A DNA stretch of 55,679 bases, counting the filler, from Jimgerdemannia flammicorona (taxonomy: Eukaryota), in NCBI GenBank assembly GCA_003990765.1. It is 2 parts of 2 records of this genome, joined end to end, with 100 filler letters (N's around TTAATTAATTAA, not from the genome) between each part and the next. Parts side by side here need not be neighbours in the genome. Positions count along the whole stretch, not along the records: positions 27,897 to 55,679 come from RBNJ01000603.1; 1 more part is not named here. One strand, 5' to 3'. The position numbers and the translations under genes are program-made. Of the stretch, positions 50,401-55,679 are shown piece by piece. The notes beneath the pieces were generated by a model. The model had not been told where the DNA came from. It did not search any database and worked only from the letters and a program-made list of their open reading frames with translations. Positions within the stretch are counted from its first letter, which is position 1. Each line of letters starts with the position of its first letter.

Positions 50401-51476
50401 CGCTCATTAGCGATATCCTTATAACACTAGGAGACGAAGCACAGTACTACAGCACCTTGGACTTATACTCAGGATTCCACCAAATCGGACTCATGGAAAT
50501 GGCAAGTGAAAAGTTAGCCTTCATCACCCCAGACAGAACCTACATCTACCTATGAATGCCATTCGGAATGTGCAATGCACCAGCAAGCTTTTAGTGAATG
50601 ATGAACAAAATATTCCACTATGACATGGGAAGATGGATGATGGTCTATGTCGATGATGTAATCATCTATAGCAAGACAGCTGAGGAATATCTGCAGCACA
50701 TACAGTAGATAATGGAGAGACTAAGACAACATGGCCTTTATATCAAACCCAAGAAGTGCAAGTTTGCGAAAATCAAGATCTCCTATCTTGGCCATATCAT
50801 CAATCGAGATGGAACACACATGGACCCCCTCAAGATACAAGCGGTAGTAGCATACCTAAGGCCCACTACCGTCACAGAAGCCCAAGCCTTCATGGGACTT
50901 GCCTCCTACTATCGCAGATTCATTAGAGGATTCTCCAACATTGCAGGCCCAATCTACGAACTCAACAAGAAGGATACCAAGTTCCAGTGGACTGGCAGAC
51001 AACAAAAAGCATTTGATGAACTCAAGGTCAGACTAACTCAGGCACCCATCCTTAGATGACCTAATTGGACCCAAGAATTTATCCTTTAGATGGATGCAAG
51101 CGCATAGAGACTAGGAGCAGTCCTAGCTCAAAAAGAAGACAAAAAGGAGTATGTTATTGCATATCTTAGCCGCGGAACCCGAGGGGCTGAAAAAGAATAT
51201 GAGTCCTACAAGTTGGAATGCCTTGCAGTCATCTGGGCTGTGGAAAAGTTCCACTACTATCTGGCTGGAAGACACTTCACCATCCAGATGGACCACTCAG
51301 CTCTCACCTGGCTACTGACAACTGGACAACCCAAGGGAATTTATGCCAGATGGATAATGAAGTTACAAGCCTATGATGTAACCATCATGCACCGCCCTGG
51401 AAGAACAAATTCCAATGCAGATACTCTCTCACAGATATCTCGAACTACCTCCAACCAACAAATCAATCATGAATAA
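47487..51476 (+). pseudogene. Single-frame gag-PR-dUTPase-RT-RNaseH polyprotein with more than a dozen nonsense mutations
   Basis: CYSCGEEGHYSYKC knuckle; IDTGA protease; dUTPase motifs AAGMDI, RSSLA, GGVIDSDYTGEI, AQML, RGKKGFGSTG; RT SPWSSPV, RLCVDYRKLN, YVDD; RNase H DAS, ECLAVIWAV, DHSAL; all pieces in one frame. Confidence 0.95.
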
Positions 51477-52662
51477 GGAGCTCTACTACGGAATCATCAC
51501 ATATCTGAGACAGCGAAAGATGCCCCAACATCTGGAAGAATGGACACAAACGATTATCAACAGGACATGGAAATAATTCGAAACCGATGGAGAAACACTG
51601 AAGAAAGAAAAACTACTAGTCATACCAGAACATAAGAAGGAGCAAGTGATGAAATCAGTACATGAACTTGGCCACCTAGGAGGAACAAACACACATGACA
51701 AGGCAAGAAGAACAATATGGTGGCCAGGAATGGAGGAAGATATCAGACAATTCGTTAAAACATACAACAAATGCCAGAAACAGAAACAAGACCAACGAAA
51801 TCAAGCCTCAGGATCAGCACACATAGAACCAGTACCATTCGCCCACATTGCAATGGATGTAATCGGCCCTCTACCCTTGACCCTGACTGGTAACCGATAC
51901 ATCATTGTCATCGTAGACCTTTTTACGAAGTGGATAGAAGCAGGACCTCTCAAGGAAGCCAATGCACAGTCAATCGCTGATTTCTTCCACAAGGAAATCA
52001 TCTGCTGGTTCAAGACCCCAATACAAGTAACTACAGATAGAGGAACCAAATTTGTGAACCAGTTCTTCGAAGTTCTCTACAAGAAGTACAAGATTCAGCA
52101 CATTCAGACCACAGCCTATCACCCTCAAGGAAATGGACAAGTAGAAAGGACCAACAAGACCCTCAAGAATGTTATTGCCAAGATCTGTGATAACTACAAG
52201 AACTGGGATCACTATCTGCCAATAGCATTATCTGCTCTCTGGGATATCTGATCACAAAGCACCCACTTTACCCCTTGAGAAATGCTGTTCAGAGAAGAAT
52301 ATTCTCAAGGAACCCTATCATCCAATAGAGACGCCGTATGGAAACATGTAGACATAGAGATACAGAGACTACACCAAATCAGGAAGAAGGCTGAGAATTA
52401 CATAACCAAGACACAGACACTACAACAGAGGAATGCGGAAAAAATCCACAAGCCCTTGGAGATTATCAAGATAGGAGACAAGGTCCTGGTGTATTGGAAC
52501 ATGGTAGAAGCTTCATGGTCACGAAAACTGGAGCCCAAGTGGGAAGGACCTTACCTTGTGCAAGATATAAAAGGGACCACCTTTTGGCTACGAAAACCCT
52601 CAGGCACCATAATCCCCACCACCATTCACCGAAACCGACTCAAGAAATATCATGGCCAGTAA
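51469..52662 (+). pseudogene. Integrase ORF (HHCC, DDE, GPY), separate frame
   Basis: ATG 51469; HELGHLG, WWPGM, MDVIGPLP, TDRG, YHPQGNGQVERTN, WEGPY; three internal stops. Confidence 0.92.
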
Positions 52663-53113
52663 CAAAAGTACTGCGATAGCACTCAAGATCACTAGTGCTG
52701 CCCAAAGAGCCATCGAAAGACAATGGCACACCACCGAGCCTCTGACCATAGAGCTATACTATGAGGATATTCAGAGTATTGTGCAGACTCATCTCTCTCG
52801 GATCTCACACTTTAGAGCCTATCAGTATCGTGCAGAATTCCAAGAGTATTTCAAGCTTGGACAGGTGCTCAATCAGGATCCAGTAAAGACCAAGGAGGAC
52901 TGGATCATCGAGTGTCAACTCTCCCACTTACAGATCACTATTGCCAAAAGGATCCACAAGTTATTTTGAGAAGATGAAGCAGCGATAGACCACCTGAGAG
53001 GAGTAACTCCCACCGACTTCGAGAAAGTGAGAAGACATCATTGGGAAACAGTCATGCAGCAAATCGCACAGTACAAGACCATACAGACCGTTGAAGCCTG
53101 GGAGTTTGAATAG
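52652..53113 (+). pseudogene. Extra 3' ORF (153 codons, one internal TGA), unknown function
   Basis: MASNK...EYFKLGQVL...AKRIHKLF*EDEAAIDHLRGVTPTDFEKV...WEFE*; ends 27 nt before the PPT. Confidence 0.8.
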
Positions 53114-53140
53114 ATGCCTCAGGGATGAAACCATCTATTC

Positions 53141-53149
53141 AGGAGGAAG
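53141..53149 (+). promoter_or_regulatory. Polypurine tract
   Basis: AGGAGGAAG immediately before the 3' LTR. Confidence 0.8.
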
Positions 53150-53150
53150 T

Positions 53151-53626
53151 TGTGATGGTACAGCCAGATTTGGAAGAAGGAAATAGGGAATAGACACTTG
53201 ATCGCACTCATTCCCAAAGTAGTATAGCATTATAGTTAGCAGTCCTCAATTCCGACATTGTCTAATTTCTTAGACATTGTCTAAATTTTAGACATTATCC
53301 AAATCGAATACCCTGATTTAGTATAGCCTTTAGACATTGTCCAAATGTTTCGACAAAGTCCAAATGACTCATTTATTACTTAGCCACCCTCTCATAGCTA
53401 GCAAACTTGTATAAATAACTCAGTATCTTCAAGTGAATAAACCTCAGATCGAAATAGTTCAAAGCAAAGAGATAGCAAAGAAACTAGTAAGCCTGCGGGC
53501 AGATACACTTCGAACTCACCCACCCTCCCCTGCAACTTCAAGAGACTCTGTGAGAGTCAGAACAGTCAAGTTTTCAAGATACAGAAATCTGACGTACTTT
53601 CAAGAGTAAGCATCCACTACGTTACA
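53151..53626 (+). repeat. 3' LTR
   Basis: 476 bp; 18 substitutions versus the 5' LTR by eye, no indels. Confidence 0.97.
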
Positions 53627-53639
53627 ATATATATATCTC

Positions 53640-54540
53640 TCCTTAAGAACTAATATTTTTATTGAGTTCTTAGGTTATATAAGACTAATTACTAAACTAA
53701 TTATCTGAGAGAAGTTTGAATCTAGCTAATAGTTTTATTTCAGTATACTTCTTATTTACTAGATATTCTACTAGTTCTAGAATTTCAAAGTAAACTTCCA
53801 ATATATAAGATACTGATTATTACTATAAGTCATCAATAATCTAAAAAAGTCACTATAGAGATTAGATAATATATTTTACCTTAAAGTCTTAGATTAGATC
53901 TTGAGAGTTCTTGAGATTAACTAGTAGTTTTTAGATAGTATTATATTCAGAGTAGCTCATCTACTTGACCAGATATTTAAGATGGTAGTAGTGAATTTGC
54001 TTATTAAGAATTTTCTCAACTTTGTACTTGATATGGTCTTTAATAATTATAAAAATAGATGGCTTGAGAATTTGATCAGAGTAGAGTAGTAACTGATTCT
54101 AGATCTTGAGATGTAATATATAAAAGACTGAATATATTCTTATAGTTTCAGATAACTTGAGATAATAGGAGAATATAGAAACTTGTTCAGTAATCTTAAA
54201 GAGTCTAATATATTTAGGTTAGAATTTGTTTGATGGACAGTTGACTTATAATTATATCTTGAGATTCTCAGTAGACAGTAGGACTTAATCTCTAATAGTA
54301 TATAATATTATAGTACTTCTTATCTATATACTTGACTTGATATTATTAGGCTTTCTGAAGATTCACAGTAGTAATCTTGAGTAGTTCATCCATATTATCT
54401 ATAAGGTTCTTGATAGTAGAGATTTATATTTGACTGTTTTTCTTAAAAGAAATTAGACTTATAAGGGTCTTGAGATCTTGACCATAGAGTAATCAAAAGG
54501 AGAAAAGATCAGTAGATAATTAAATAATATAGTAAAATCT
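53640..54540 (-). pseudogene. Old chromovirus remnant: integrase C-terminus plus chromodomain
   Basis: PKYIRLFKI (eroded GPF motif) and KYKVEKILNKQ...KYLVK*MSYSEYNTI*KLLVNLKNSQ (chromodomain EYEVEKIL..YLVKW.GY..TWEP). Confidence 0.8.
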
Positions 54541-54699
54541 ATTTAAAATATACTACTAGAACTAGGGATTAGTATTAAATTAGACAGATTATTAAATAAG
54601 ACAGAGTTATAATTGTATAGTATCTTAGTATGAATTAATTGAATTTCTGCTTATGGGAGAACTACTTAGGATACAAACTTTCTTATAAATACTACTAAT

Positions 54700-55495
54700 A
54701 AGTCATACTACTATATATATTTACATATCTACTAAATGATTGCTATACTAAAAAAAGATAGAAAATATACAATAAATGATAGACAAAGTCCATATTGCTC
54801 TGTATACTCATAATAAGTAAACTTTTTACTTTTATAAGATGAGCTCCAGTATTGGCTGAAATTGAAGTATAATATTGACATTAGCTAGCTAATGATCTCT
54901 CAAACTCTGAAGTACTTAGCTGAGCTACTAAGTAGTATAAAGATCCCAATATTGGAAGTAAGTGCCATCAGACCATCAAGTACTTGAAGATAGAAAAGAT
55001 ACTTACAGAATAGATTCTTATAAACTAGAAATACATCTCAATTACTAGGAATCTCATCAAGAAGAATATTACCAAGATCTTAGATCACTATATCCTGATT
55101 ATAAACTGTTTAAGTTCTCAAATAATTGGTTTGAAGTATTTAAGCTTTACTATAGAATTAAGTCTTTCTATCATTTTAGTAAGAGTGGCTTAGTAAATAT
55201 AAATGCTATCAATCTTATACTCCTAGGAATCTGTCAGTTGCTAGATAAGTATATCTGGAAGAATATATATAATATAGATAAAATGGGCCTCTTTTACTGT
55301 ATATAGATTTGATATAAAATGTTTACTTTCTGATTATAATTGTATCTTAGATTTTACCTTTTATATCTACTAATCTTGAATATTATCTATTTTAAGCTAA
55401 TAACTCTCTTGCTATAAAGTGACTTAAAAGATATAAACAGAACAAAGAGTAGCTCACTATAGCTCTCTGTTGTAATATAGATGGGTCAGATAAAC
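54700..55495 (+). pseudogene. pogo/Tigger-like (CENP-B HTH plus DDE_1) transposase remnant
   Basis: FKFSNNWFEVFK (FSxGWL), IYNIDKMGLFY (YNxDETGL), KQNKE*LTIALCCNIDGSDK. Confidence 0.8.
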
Positions 55496-55679
55496 TTTTT
55501 TTTTTTTTTTTTATTAACTATATATAATATTCAAGATGTCCTCATACCACACTGGTACCCCCATACTCATTTGCTCTTCAAACCCATAACAATATTAGTA
55601 CTTTTAGGATATAAGTTATGATCTTATTATTTGAGTAACTAGATCCTCCTACCTAGTCTGTCTTACTTTTTTGTTGTTA
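55496..55679 (-). mobile_element. Probable 3' end of another polyA retroelement
   Basis: PolyT 55496-55512 interrupts the pogo ORF abruptly; family not identified. Confidence 0.4.

Larger units (their letters stand above)
46897..53626 (+). mobile_element. Full-length Ty3/gypsy LTR retrotransposon with dUTPase, separate integrase ORF and extra 3' ORF
   Basis: 476-bp TG..CA LTRs, ATAT(AT) TSD, PBS, PPT, gag-PR-dUTPase-RT-RH then IN order. Confidence 0.97.

Overview
Eukaryotic, intron-containing fungal DNA. The gene and TE content suggests Mucoromycota, possibly Endogonales (inference). About three quarters of the window is nested, CpG-depleted transposon debris: two L1/Tx1-like LINEs, at least six copies of a ~1.15 kb non-coding polyA retroelement (called X here), a 6.8 kb hAT element with hAT MITEs, Sola-like, pogo and chromovirus remnants, and a full-length Ty3/gypsy element (46897-53626). 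The gypsy element carries a dUTPase, an integrase in a separate ORF and an extra 3' ORF. Two CpG-retaining islands carry genes. The first (17.6-20.3 kb) holds two tandem paralogous orphan genes. The second (34.9-45.5 kb) holds pseudogene fragments, an orphan ORF, ALG9 and a SpoU rRNA methyltransferase. The most novel signal is in intron 1 of both tandem paralogues: a GC-rich fold-back element closed by a GGCUG...CAGUC stem and a U tract, containing repeated CUACG hairpins. In one gene its repeat units show compensatory base changes, which suggests a conserved, undescribed intronic RNA. Repeats show transition-only, RIP-like decay. All alignments and counts were made by eye; 27797-27896 is an assembly gap.
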